Shown here piece by piece: positions 1 to 12,176 of a DNA stretch of 42,050 nucleotides. Both the position numbers and the translations under genes were made by a program. The notes under the pieces were generated by a model. It was not told where the DNA came from, did not search any database, and was given only the letters and a program-made list of their open reading frames with translations. Source of the DNA: Ministeria vibrans ATCC 50519 (taxonomy: Eukaryota > Protista > Filasterea); NCBI GenBank assembly GCA_943704425.1, contig CALSCP010002736.1, forward strand, positions 76,332 through 118,381, given 5' to 3'. Position 1 is the first letter of the stretch, and every line of letters begins with the position of its first letter.

Positions 1-1290
1 ACAGAGGAAAAAAAAAAAAAAAAAAGACAAACGACTCTTCCGCCTCTCTATAAATGCTTCTCTTCACTCAAGCACTTCTAAAACCATCCCACAGCCCTTC
101 CGTACCACTCATTCCTACGAAACGAAACACAAACATAATGTCAGTGTGACAGACAATTATTAACATATTCACACGCATAAGCAAAAACGCATAGTAGACG
201 CAGTCCAGACTATTCCTTTCTCAACCCACACCGATCGTACACCCCTTGCTTGCTACAGTTAGTACAGTACCCCTCAGAAAAGGGTCAAAAGAGAAACTCA
301 GCAGAAACATCAAAAAACATTAAGAACCATCACTTCCTCTATCACGCCACATTGACCACACACCCACACCCACCACAAAGATCCCAAGGCGCTGCGATCG
401 CGGATGAGAACTGAATTTCTGTCTGTGACAACTGAGGAACGAAAAACGAACGAGAAAATCTCCCAAATCACATTGGAGACATCTTACGCCACATCCTCAC
501 GCACACACCGCGTCAGTCAACCACCTCTGTTCACAGGACACGCACAGAGATGACGGAATGGCGCTGTGGACGAGCCAGGAGAGCAGACAAAGCGAAATGT
601 ACTTCCCACACTCATTCCGGGCAATGCCCCACCCCTGGCTGTTCCCCACACACCCACACACACCCACACACCCACACACACGCTATTTCCGTTTGCTGGT
701 CTTACTGCGTCAAACCAAGTCGAATGTGAATAAAAGATATGAATGAGATTTTAGAGATTATCATTTCGAAGTTGATCCACAACTAGAATGATCACAGTAT
801 TCTGATGTTGTGACAATGTCATATGCGCGCAACCAACAGCCATCAGCCATGCACTTCTTGCACACGCCATTCCTTGTCATTCTTTCTCCATATGCGGAAT
901 ACGTGAAAGTAAAGCATCCACCTCAGCCGCCGCTGCTGCTGCTCCAGTCCCACACACTGGTGCACCAGCACCCTTCTTTACACAACCCATACCATTAATG
1001 GCGGGTATACGGCAATGCACCACACACAAATCATCAAATTGAAACAAAATCAAACAAAACACACAAGTCATCAAACTGAACACACACACTCTCACACACT
1101 CTCACACACACTCACGCACACTCACGCTGCGCTTGCGTAATCGCGTTTCCTTCCTTGTTGCTACATAACGCTGTGGTGCACATCGTCGATCACAATTGAC
1201 GGTCATTTATTCACCATTAATTATTTGCGAACTTGGGAACTATCACTGATTATTCACTGTTGTCACTTGACTCACTTCAGTGTTATTCAA

Positions 1291-4200
1291 ATGCGATTTT
1301 CCGTCGCGGTGTTCGCTCTCTCGCTGATCGCGGGTGCTCTTGCTGGCGTGAATCGCCCTGACGATGTTTCGCCGTATCTGGACTGTCAAATGCGCCAACT
1401 CGCTTACGAGGTTGTTTTGTTTGTTTTGATTTTCGTTTGTTTTGTCCGACCTTTCCGCCACTGATACGCACCCGCCTCTGCCCCACACATACCGCACGCA
1501 TCTGGAATCACACGTGCAGTATGCCATGACGCTTCAACCGTGGATGGGCAAGCAGCAAGCGACCTTTGACGCGCTGGAGCTGGGTGTGCTGTGCCAGTCG
1601 CCCCGCCCTGCAAACACCCCTCCCCCGCCTCCGTCGCATCCCGTTGGACGCGGCGCGGTCTTTGTAGACACGCACACTGGAAGTGACAACAACGATGGGT
1701 CCAAGGACAAGCCGTTTAAGACCATTCAACGCGGTTTGGACGCCGTCAAGAACACCAAGATGAAAATACCTATTGCATTGTTTCTCTCTCTATCTCTCTC
1801 TCTCTCTCTTCTGACCTTTTTTTTTTTGCAAACCAAAAATGCAGTCGTCCGTCGTGCTCCGCGAGGGTACTTTCTACCTGGATGCTACGCTCCAAATGAC
1901 CCCTGATCACAGCGGCACCACGCTGCAAAACTATCCTGGTGAGAAGGTGTGGCTGAGCGGCGGTCAGCAGCTCGACAACCTCGAATGGAAGGCGTACAAT
2001 GTGACGCCTGGCGGGCAGTTCACACTGTACCCTAATGACAACAACGTGTGGGACGGCCATCCGGACGGTCAACAGCTTATCGACAAAGGCAAAACAGCCA
2101 ACGTCAGTGACTGCCAGTCCATCTGCGCGTCACTCAGTGTCTGCCAGTCGTTTACCTGGCACGATCCTAACCAGGGAAAGTTTGCCAACGACTGTTGGAT
2201 TCGCACCACAGACTACTGGGTGCCCCACAGTCAGACGGGTCACATCAGTGGACGCAAGAATCCTCCGCGCAACATTTGGGTCGCAGATGTCTCAAAGTTC
2301 TCTCTCTCCTCCATGCCGGGTCTACGAGTCAATGGAAATCGCGCAATTCGCGCGCGATTTCCAAACGCAAATCCCGGTAACGCCCAAATGATTCAATAAA
2401 ACATTGCGCTGATATTGATTGGTTGTGTATGTGTAAAGAGACTCAGGGGATTCACACAAGTCCCACTGGTTGGATTCCTAATGCGGAAAAGGTAACAAAG
2501 GCTTGAGTCACCGCTGACGGATATATGTTGTTACTTCAGTGGCTTCCGCCGACTGCTGGAGCCAAAGCAACGGATGTGGAGGTAAAGAGCCCACAGCGGA
2601 ACAACTCAATTGAGTTCCAAACGTACAAGGTATAAATAGTCCCACTTTGATGCCTAGCCTGTGTCTCACTCATCCTGTAGATTGGCATTGGCGGTGTGTG
2701 TGGTGCCCAGTTTGAGCCTCCTTGCTCCTATTGGTGCTCATCAAACCCTCAGGGTGGCGGTGCGGTCACATACAAAATCCCTTCCGGACTCACCGTATGA
2801 CACTTGAGTTTTATATATTCTCCACTCCAACTCACTAATTTGTTTGTGTGTGCGTAGTACAAGGAAGGAACTTTTGATCACAAATGGGCCAATCCTAAAG
2901 GCGCAGTCATTCAAGCGTAAGCCAATCAGCCACTCACTGTCATTGAACCCTCTCAATTGCCAATTGGCATACTTTTTATCGTTAAGCACACACGAACAAT
3001 AATGATATTGATATACACACAGATGGCGTCACTCGCATTGGGCGTCGTGGATGTTTGAGATGGACACATATGACCCGTCGAGTCGCACTATCAAGTGGAC
3101 TAAAGGAGGGTTTCAGGGGGCTCGCGGGTGCGACCAGGGTCAGGAGTACTACGTGGAGAACATCATGGAAGAGGTAACATATTGTGTACTATTTTGTGTG
3201 AGCGTGTGTCTGTCTGTCTCTCTTAATGAGTGTACCTCTCATTATGCGTTGCTCTCACATACTCACTGTATTTTTCTGACTGGCAGTGTGTCTCATATTT
3301 TCTTCATGACGATGTCCGTCTCACTCTTTTGCTCTTTTTTGACACAGTTGGACTTCCCAACCGAGTATTTTTTCTCATCTGAAACCCAACAGCTCTTCTA
3401 CTACCACAACTCGACCAATGGCGAAGCTCCTCCCAAAGACACAGTCTTTGTTGCCACGCAAATTCGCTCATTGCTCAACATCACTTCGGCTGATTTTACC
3501 AGAGAGACAGTGAAGAATGTGACAGTGATTGGTTTGGGATTCCGTGACGCCCGATACACGTACATGGACCCACATGGAGTGCCAAGGTAGGACAGACAGA
3601 GAAAGCGTGTGTATGAGTGTGTGTGTAAATGGAGGTTTGGAAACACGATGACTGTGAGTGAGTGATACATACTCGAGTGTGACTGTGTGTAACTCACTCG
3701 AGTCGAGTGGGGAATGTATGTATCTATTATCAAAGAGAGATTTAATTATTATATGTACTCACTTTTTATGTATGATTAGTGGTGGTGACTGGGCTCTGCA
3801 GCGCTCGGGCGCAGTATTTCTGGAAGGCACTGAATCCACTCAGATTCGCAATTGTGTCTTTGAGCGAATTGATGGGAATGCGCTGATGATCAGCGGATAT
3901 AACCGTTATGCTCAAGTTACTCAAAGGTACTTTAAATTATATTATTCCGTCTTACTAGACCTGTTTTGACTTGTGTTTGTGATTTTAGTGAGTTTTCGTG
4001 GATTGGAGACAGTGCAATTGCGTCTTGGGGAAAAACTGACGGTACATGACATTAACATGGGGAGTTTGCTCTACACACACTCTTTGTCATCATCATTCAC
4101 CCCAACACTGTTTTCTCCTCAGCTTATTCAATGAGAGTCTCACCGTCTCACACGTATTTTCTCTTTTTTTTTGTCATCAGAACTGGGCAATGGTGGACTG

Positions 4201-5496
4201 AATGGAATCAATGGAACTGACGGAAACCAACCGCGTTTCAACCAGATCACTCACAATTACGTACTATAACCAAACTGAGCAATATTATTTTGTTTTTGTT
4301 CTCTTTATCACTTTTTTTTTTATTGTGTGTGCTTATTGCGTCTGTTTTAGGTTCACGAATTGGGCATTTGGGAGAAACAGTCCAGTTTTTATTTCCAAGG
4401 AAAAACGTAACCATTTGCAACACTCATAATATTTATTACTAATTTATCATACATAATTACCACAAATTTTCACTTGAAAAATCACTTATCACACTCACCC
4501 ACTCTTTCTATTCCCTCCTATAGATGTCAGTCGAATATAACTGGAAACATATTCTTCAATGGTCCTCGTGCGGGCATTAACTTCAACGACGGTTTTGGTG
4601 GTGCTTCACACGTCACTCACAATTTGCTCTTTAACACTGTACGTCAGTCATACCTCTCAAAAGCAACAGACACATAATAATGCATACCATTTTAATAGTG
4701 TCGTGAAAGTGCCGATCACGGACCATTCAATAGGTAACACATAATACCTTCTCTTTCTCTTTGTCACTTGGTGGTGTCTTTCTTTCACTTTATATTTATC
4801 TCTCTCATTGTCTAACTTTATTTTCAGTTGGGATCGTCAACCCTTTTTAACGACTGTCTATAATGGAACTCCAAGGTATCATTTTCAGACGATACTTTAC
4901 ACGAGTTACTCTTCCGTTCTTATCTCTTTCTGACTCTCATCCTTTTTCTTTCTCTCTCTATCTCTTTCCTTTCTTCTTGCAGCCTTTTGAAAGCGACCGA
5001 TGAGATTGCACACAATTACTTTATTGCGAATTACAACTCACAAGAAGCTGTTGATAATGACGATGGAAGTGGAGCATACCGCACACACCACAATGTGTTC
5101 TACCTTGGTACACACTCTTAACGCTGACCCTAATGACACTTCTAACCCTACCCCTAACTCCGATATCAACAACTCCCAACCCCTCTCATGAATATTGTTG
5201 TTTTTTATTTTGTCTCAGGCGGCGGTGGTCTCAAGAACGACTTTGGTGGCCACTCCAACCACCACACGGACAATCTGTATGCGTATGTGGACAGCCACTG
5301 CATGCGCGACGGCACCACTCAGCTGCCGGGCAACGAAGATGCCTTCCAGCGCAACACCTGCATCATGAAGGCACGCACACACGCACACAACACAACACGC
5401 ACAATACGCAACACGCACAATACACAACACACACAATACACAACACACACAATACACACACAATACACAACACAACACACACAACACAACACACAC

Positions 5497-5575
<79 letters not shown>

Positions 5576-5854
5576 TCACTCACACACACACGTATAAAAC
5601 TTCTCAAGACTAACACCTCACTTCCATCACATACTGTATAACAGAATGACGGTGAGTACGCCAGCTACACGTGCAGCGGCAACCGTCCTGTCGTCTCCGA
5701 CAACAAGGTCTACACTCCGAGTGGTGACACGACTGAGTGCGGAAAGTCTCTTGCTGACCTGCAGAAGGAAGGCTATGATCTTGGCTCCGCAGTCTACCCT
5801 CTGCCAAATGACGATGATGTCGTCAGTTGGGCTCGTGCTCTTCTCAGTTCTTGA
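1291..5854 (+). CDS. Secreted right-handed parallel beta-helix protein (GH141-like/pectin-lyase fold) with inserted PAN/apple domain; about 19 exons
   Basis: ATG 1291 begins the signal peptide MRFSVAVFALSLIAGALA. Motifs: FVDTHTGSDNNDGSKDKPFKTIQ, VVLREGTFYL, NYPGEKVWLSG, PAN-like CQSICASLSVCQSFTWH..CWIR, RARFPN, YYVENIMEELD, beta-helix turns (FNGPRAGINFNDGFGG, DHGPFNSWDR, DNDDGS). 18 introns join in frame; TGA at 5852-5854. The donor of intron 2 is ambiguous and the last intron needs a GC donor. Confidence 0.8.
5375..5592. repeat. Intronic CA/CAA microsatellite
   Basis: Degenerate ACACAA run followed by pure (CA)n in the last intron of the first gene. Confidence 0.95.
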
Positions 5855-5954
5855 AGAAGAAAAACAAAAAAACAAAATAATTATTCAGATTTAAAGGACA
5901 AATATTTTCAGTTTTTTCACACATTTTTGTATCATTGACCGCCTTGAAAGTTGA

Positions 5955-7577
5955 ATGAGCGACGGGGTGACGCTGCCGTGGGGAGACGTGTCGCCCATGG
6001 TGCCGATTGCCGAGGCGGTTCCGTCCGCATTCAACTCGCCTGTGTCGCGCCCGCCCACGCTTGCACGGTCGCGCTTCAAGCGTCGCAACGACCATGCCGG
6101 TGCGGGGGGCACTGCCAGTGTGGCGGGGGCCGGCCGTGCGGGCAGTGCAGGCGCGTGGCCGCCGCGGGATGACGCGGCGCTCATTTTGGGCATTGAACAG
6201 AGTAACGATATTGGAGCGGTGTGTCGCTCTGTGAAGCTGTCGCGCCTCTACAGCGTCGCCGAGGTGCGCGAACGCTGGCACACCCTGCTGTACGACGAGA
6301 AGGAGAGCTTTCGCGCGACATCGGCCATGATCGCATCGCGCGTCGACGGGTTTGCCCTTGTGTCGCCCGGCTCTGTGCTGTGGAGCGTCGGCGAGGAGGA
6401 CCTGCTTCGCGAGGTGCCTGAGAGCGCGGTGGGGCCTGAGGAGGAGGAGGACGACGACGACGACGACGACGACGTTTTCCGACAACTGTTGACGTTACGC
6501 GTGGCAGTGTTCCATCCTTCTCGCACTCCAAGGGCCCTCCGTCGCCACTGGCAACTGTTGCGTCGCCACGGCATGCTCTGCGACGCCACCGCGACCAACG
6601 AGGCCGTTGCCAACAGCGCTGCCATTGAGCGTGAGGTGGAAGGACTTCTTGCCGAAATCTCAAAATCGACCGACGACGACTCTCACGCAAGCAAAGAGGT
6701 TGGAATGGCGCATGTAGTGAAGGCCGAGGAGGAGGGTGAGGAAGTGGAAGAGAAAGCAGCAGCAGCAGAAGAAGAAGACGAAGAAGATAACAAAGAAGAA
6801 GAAGTAGTAGAAGAAGAAAAAGGAGGTGAAGTAGGAGACGAGAAGGAAGAAGGGGAGAAGGGCAAGGAGAAGAGCAAGGAGGACGACGATTGTGTCGACG
6901 TGATGCCGTCACTCGCCATGGACGATGCAGACAACGCCGTTCTCATGGACGGCAACCAACGATCGCGCGCGCAAGACATTGAAGAGCTCATCATGCGCAC
7001 CGCCGCGCGAAACTCGCCAGCAGACCATTGCGACGACAACGAAGAGGAAGGGACAGCGGCTGTGCGTGCCGCAGTGGCCGCAGCCGGAGTGGACTCGCTC
7101 TCTTTCAATACGCACAGTCACCTGAACCGCACTCACAACAACAACACGACCGCCAATGGGAGTGGCGACAGCCTGATGCTTCCTTCAGGAACACCCTCGG
7201 AGCCCGTCACAAAGCTCTCCGCACGCTTTCTGCTCTCCGTTGAAGATGGTGAGTCATTTGATGCTTTTGAAGAGCGTCTGGAGGTGCGTGGACAGCACTT
7301 GCAGGGCGATGATGTGCAGCTGAATGCGCCAGTGTGTCTCCAGCGGGAACTGCATCGCGCAGACCGTCTGGAGAAGCGCCGCATCCGACGACTGGAGCAG
7401 CAGCTTACTTGGGTGTACCCTCCACAGCACAAGCGCAGAGGCAGCGGTGGTGGTAGTAGCAGTGGTGCGAGTGTCGATGGTGGGATTGCAGCTGGTGAGG
7501 ATGATGCCCTTGCTGTGTTCATGTCCGATGAGCTCAAAGTGCCCCCTGCGTATATGCGAGCCCGTCAGGTATCACAT

Positions 7578-7665
<88 letters not shown>

Positions 7666-8032
7666 GCCACACGCCACTCACTCACTCACTCACTCACTCA
7701 CTCACTCAACCTCTTTCCAGATTGTCGTTGGTCGCTCGACTGCACACCTGACCGTCGACATTGACCTGTCGCGGCACTTCAACAGCAGCAGTGTCTCCCG
7801 CCAGCACGCCCTCATCCGTCTCAACGACGATGGTGCGCTCTACCTCCACAACATTGGTCGTCGTCCCGTCTACATTATGGGCGCGCCAGTCCCCACCGGC
7901 CGCACTCGCCGTCTTCCCGCCTCCTGTCTCCTTGAAATTGGTCGCGTCAAGCTTCTCTTCAATGTCAATGTGCCCCTCTTGCGCCAGATTCACTTGGAGG
8001 CCTTTTCCGCTCCCGATCCCACGAGAAGATAA
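5955..8032 (+). CDS. MCRS1: Microspherule protein 1 (MCRS_N domain + C-terminal FHA); exons 5955-7568 and 7721-8032
   Basis: DDAALILGIEQSNDIGAVCRSVKLSRLYSVAEVRERWHTLLYD and FHPSRTPRALRRHWQLLRRHGML match the MCRS1 N-domain. After a CA-filled GT-AG intron, IVVGRST..VDIDLS..VSRQHALIRL..LHNIGRRPVYI..LLEIG is an FHA domain; TAA 8030-8032. Confidence 0.9.
7584..7708. repeat. Intronic (CA)n + (CTCA)n microsatellite
   Basis: Directly visible; fills the MCRS1 intron. Confidence 0.95.
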
Positions 8033-8276
8033 TAATATTGTACATGAGGAATAATAATTTGTAAAACACACACAGAATCCAAATACATTGAGAGGTACTG
8101 TAATCAATGCCAAAACGCGAAACAAAGACAGTGACATGCTAGATGTTACATGCAGTTGCTGCCCTTCCAGTGAAGGAGGAGGAGGGAATAAGTTTGTGTT
8201 GTCGCTTTTTCTTATTCGCTATAGATAAGATTTAAATCTATTCACTAATCACTCGTTTATTCTCTCTGTGCGCGCC

Positions 8277-11040
8277 ATGTCTAACGCGTTCAAACCTGCA
8301 TTAACTGCCTTGGCAGCGCTTGGCGAACGCGCCACGCACCTGGCCTTCTTTGACGACGAATGCGAAATGTTGACACAGTGCACCGGCAAGACAATCACAA
8401 ACCAGCCACCGCTCTCCTCATCCCGCGCCTCTCACACCCCCCCCATGCCGTAGACGACCTCACGCCGCTGCTCAGAAGACTCTTCCGCGTGACGCAGACC
8501 AAGACGCTGTCGTCGGAAGAGCGTGCGGCGATTGGCATTGACGTACCGTCACACTCACTCATCACTCGCTCTCGTCTCTCTCTCGATCTCGATCTCTCTC
8601 TCTCTCTCTCTCGATCTCTCTCTCTCTCTCGCTCTCTCCTCTGCATTCCTCGTCTGCTGCACTCGGCAACAGTCTCTCCCCTACAGCACCACCCAATCCT
8701 GCACTCTTTAGCGTTCTCCTCAAAACCACAAAACAATCTGTGTTTTTTTTTTTTTTTTTTTTACCTTCNNNNNNNNNNGCACTGTATGCAGTGCCGTTGG
8801 AGACGGCCATGAGCAAAAAAGGACCCTGAAGAGCAAAGGGTAGTTTTTTTACCTTCGATGACATTTCTCTCTCTCTCTTCTTTGGCCTCTCTTCAGCTCT
8901 GCGAAGCCCTGCAAGACGCACTCACAACCGTGATGAAGGCCTCCAGCAAGGACGCCCAGCCCTCTGATCTCGCGCAGTGCTTCAATTTGGCCCGCGACAA
9001 AATCTCACGCTCGCTCGACGCTATTGCCGCTGGCGCCACCGTCAGGGCATGTGGCTTCTCGCCGCCCCTCCGCGACATCTCCAAGGTGCGTTTGCGCGGC
9101 GTGGGCGTGCTTTCCACTCGTTATTTGATCTGGTTGTTTGTTTTTTTTGTTTGCGTCTTTTGTTGCAGAGGATCGCCAAACTGGTTGCAGTGCACACGGA
9201 GAAAAAGGCACGATATGCATTGTGTGTTGTGTATATGTGTCTCTGTACCGCAATGGATGGTTTTTATTCTACTTTTTTGTTGCACTGCCATTTTTTTACA
9301 CTCTCTTTCTTTTCAGGACGCCCTGTCAGATGAGTTTGCGACACGACTGGCAGCGCACCTGGGAATGGATCTTGAGGAGGTGACGCGGACATGTGGCGAC
9401 CTGCTAAAGCAACTGACGGCTCAAGAGGCGGCAGAGAAGGAAAAGGGTAAGGGTAAGGAGAAGGTGAAGGAGGAGGAGGAGGAGGACGAAGAGGAGGAGG
9501 CCGAGTACCAGCGACTGCACACGACGCGCAGCAAGAGCCGCCCATTGACACTGGAGACCGCCTATATGCGCAGTCCCTACTACGGCGATGCGTCTGAGGC
9601 GGTCTATGGCAAGGTGGACGGCAGTGTGCGTCGCTCGGCCAGCAATGCCGTCAACCCTTTCAAGCCATCACCGTCGCCCCTCGCAACCGTCTCCGAACCC
9701 ACCACCCCACGGCCACAAGAGCAACAGCCTGCGCCTCCCGTGCGTCGTGCTAGCCAACAACATAACTCGCACACAAACCCCATTTCGTCTTCATCCTCCT
9801 CAGCCACTGCCAATGGCTACCCCCAACCCCCGTCCCGCCGCCCTCCTACTGCCCCTACCGAGCCCTTTTCTTCCTCCTCGTCCAACGCCAAACGTTCCTC
9901 CTCATCTGCCGGCCAACAACAAAAACCCTCGCCACTTGATCTGGCGCGGCGTTGCGTCGTTCGCGGCGACTTTGACGGCGCCAAGCAAGCATGCAACAAG
10001 CTCATCAGTAGCGATGCATCGTGCGCCGAGGCGTACTCGGTGCGCGGCGAAGCCCACCGCATGCTGGGAAACCTCACTGCAGCCATTTCAGACGCCTCAC
10101 AGTGCCTCCGTCTCGACTCTTCAGCTTACATTGCCTATCGCATCCGCGCCGAGTGCTGCCGCATGAAAGATCTCCCTGACGAAGCCATTGCGGACGCAAC
10201 CATGTCCATCAATCTCAACCCGGCCTTTCACATGGCCTACTTTACGCGCGCCGAGGCCTACCGCCGCAAGGACAACTTCCGCGCTGCCATCAAGGACGCG
10301 ACCATGTGCATTAAGATTAAGCCAAAGCTCTATGCAAGTTACTACATTCGCGGAGAGTGCCGCAGGAATCTCAATGAGCTTGAAGAAGCACTTGAAGTAC
10401 TATTCAACCGGGAGAGAGAGAGAGAGGAGGGAGAAAGGAGAAACGAAGCGAGAGAGAGGAAGAAAGGAGAAAGAAACAAAGTGATAGAGAGAGGAGGGAG
10501 AACAAAATGATCGAGGGGGAGGGCGAACAAAGTGATGGAACGGAAGAAAGGAGAGAGAAACAAAGTGATAGAGAGAGGGTATCTCATTCATGACATGATT
10601 GATATGTTTAGGACTACACTATGGCCATTCACTACAACACGCAGTGCAGCGAGGCTTTCCTCGCACGCGCCCTCGTCTTCAACTCACGCGCTGACTTTGA
10701 TGCTTGCATTGCCGATGCGACAAGCGCCCTCCGCATCGATCCTTCTCTTCACGAGGCCTATGGCATCCGAGGCTCAGGTATACTGATCAGTGGTTTTTGT
10801 AGTACTCTATTCTTTCTTGTACCCTATCCATTCGACTGCTCGTACTCATTCACTTTCGCACTCACACTCACCTCTTGACCACTCACTCTGTCGCATTTGG
10901 CATTCGTTTCAGCTTTGCGGCGAAAAGGCGAAACCAAACTGGCCAAAGTGGATCTGATGCGCTCGCTTGAACTCTTTCCCGAATATGAGTTTGGTCAGCG
11001 CGAGCTGAAGAAATGCGGTCGATTCTCGCGACGAAAATGA
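8277..11040 (+). CDS. Tetratricopeptide-repeat protein with helical N-terminus and S/P-rich linker; multi-exon, 5' part interrupted by an assembly gap
   Basis: About 7-8 TPRs (AYSVRGEAHRMLGNLTAAISDASQCLRLD, AYFTRAEAYRRKDNFRAAIKDATMCIKIKP, AYGIRGSALRRKGETKLAKVDLMRSLELFP). The last exons 10612-10777 and 10913-11040 splice in frame. The model around gap 8769-8778 is uncertain. Confidence 0.75.
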
Positions 11041-11069
11041 GACAAATGAAGCACCACATACTATTTTCA

Positions 11070-12012
11070 TTATACTAATGGGCCACTTTGGATTATCTCG
11101 CGCGCATTGACTCGCTGCGGAAGCTCTAAAGGTGTTTCGCGGTTGCGGACAGCAGTAAAGCGACTGAGAAAGAGCGCACGAGCTTCAGTGTGTGCGCCCA
11201 AACGCGTTTTGTACTCCATTGACATGCCCAGATCCCAAAAGGCAAAGTTTCGACTCGCCAGAAGACGACCGAGTGCCACCATTTGCACTGTGCCCGCACC
11301 CGACTCGGTGTAAAAGCCCGTGAGAGATGCGTACACGGCTCCCACATGGAATCCAAGCTCGCCTGCGACCAGTTCGCCGGTCGCATCGTTCCACACTTCG
11401 ACTGAGTGCACTCGAATGGTGACCACTCCATTTGACGTGTGCAGTAAGAAGGGCCGCTCCTGCAGCGACTGGAAGACTTCGCGAAGAGGCGGATAGATCC
11501 AAAAGGACTCGTGCTGGGCAAGGCACTTGTCGTAGACTTCGCTGAAGGCCTGGTTCATCGACAGCGAGTAGTGCTGCGCCGCACGCACTGTCTTCTTGCC
11601 GACGTGCAGCTGAGGAAAGTCGATGACGCAGCGCTCGCGATGGAGCTTGATAAGCAGCAGGGTGAAGTTGTCGTACTGCTGCGCCATGGGGAAACACCCG
11701 GCATACATCACTTTGGCGATGAAAGGTCTATCGAAAAATGACACATCGTTTGCGTTGTTTGTTGTTTTCGACACCAAACCTTCTAAAGAGACTTCCCAGC
11801 GCAAATTCGGTCCTGTATCGCTCGAGAAGTTGCGTGAGACTCGACAGCTTGTCGGGTTCGTGGATGTAGATGGGGCTGCGGCCAAGCGCGCGCAATCGTG
11901 TGAGTTCGTCCGCCGACAGCGGTGAGTTGTCCTCCTCTTCGGGCAGGCGTGCCTGTGGGGGCGCATCACTTGATGATGGTAGCGTTGGTGGTAAAGGAGG
12001 GGCGAAATCCAT
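11070..12012 (-). CDS. Leucyl/phenylalanyl-tRNA-protein transferase-like enzyme (Aat / ATEL1-type); 2 exons
   Basis: Motifs FSEVYDKCLAQH..WIYPPL, HSVEVWN..GELVAGELGFHVGAVYASLTGF..SGAGTVQMVALGRLL..FWDLGMSMEYKTRLGA. ATG at 12012 (MDFAPP). One ~50-nt GT-AG intron near 11728-11779 joins GSLFRR to PFIAKVMYAG. Confidence 0.85.
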
Positions 12013-12176
12013 CGTGAGACGGACGGGTGAGGCGAGAATAACTTTGATCAAAATAGAATTGTTTTGACATTGGTCGATTCTCATAAATGGGTTGATTCTT
12101 CTTCTTCTATTCATTTTTCCTATTGAGTTATGAGTAAAATAAACAATAATAATTTGCTACCTCTCACCTTCTCGTT
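12013..12176. promoter_or_regulatory. Probable bidirectional promoter (Aat-like gene / thiaminase I)
   Basis: 164-bp AT-rich interval between divergent start codons. Confidence 0.5.

Noticed and set aside
480-640. Possible minus-strand selenoprotein exons (in-frame TGA near Cys/Gly, e.g. GG-U)
   Set aside because: No coherent gene model, recognisable family or SECIS; best explained as non-coding sequence.
5133-5613. HT/CV dipeptide-repeat ORFs
   Set aside because: Translations of intronic CA/GT microsatellites, not proteins.
8744-8860. Apparent frameshift in the TPR gene (ETAMSKK to DPEEQR needs one fewer A)
   Set aside because: It lies in an A6 homopolymer next to an N-gap. A sequencing/assembly error or different splice choice is more likely than recoding or pseudogenisation.
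10458-10578. ~37-bp purine-rich direct repeat in a TPR-gene intron
   Set aside because: Local low-complexity duplication with no element hallmarks.
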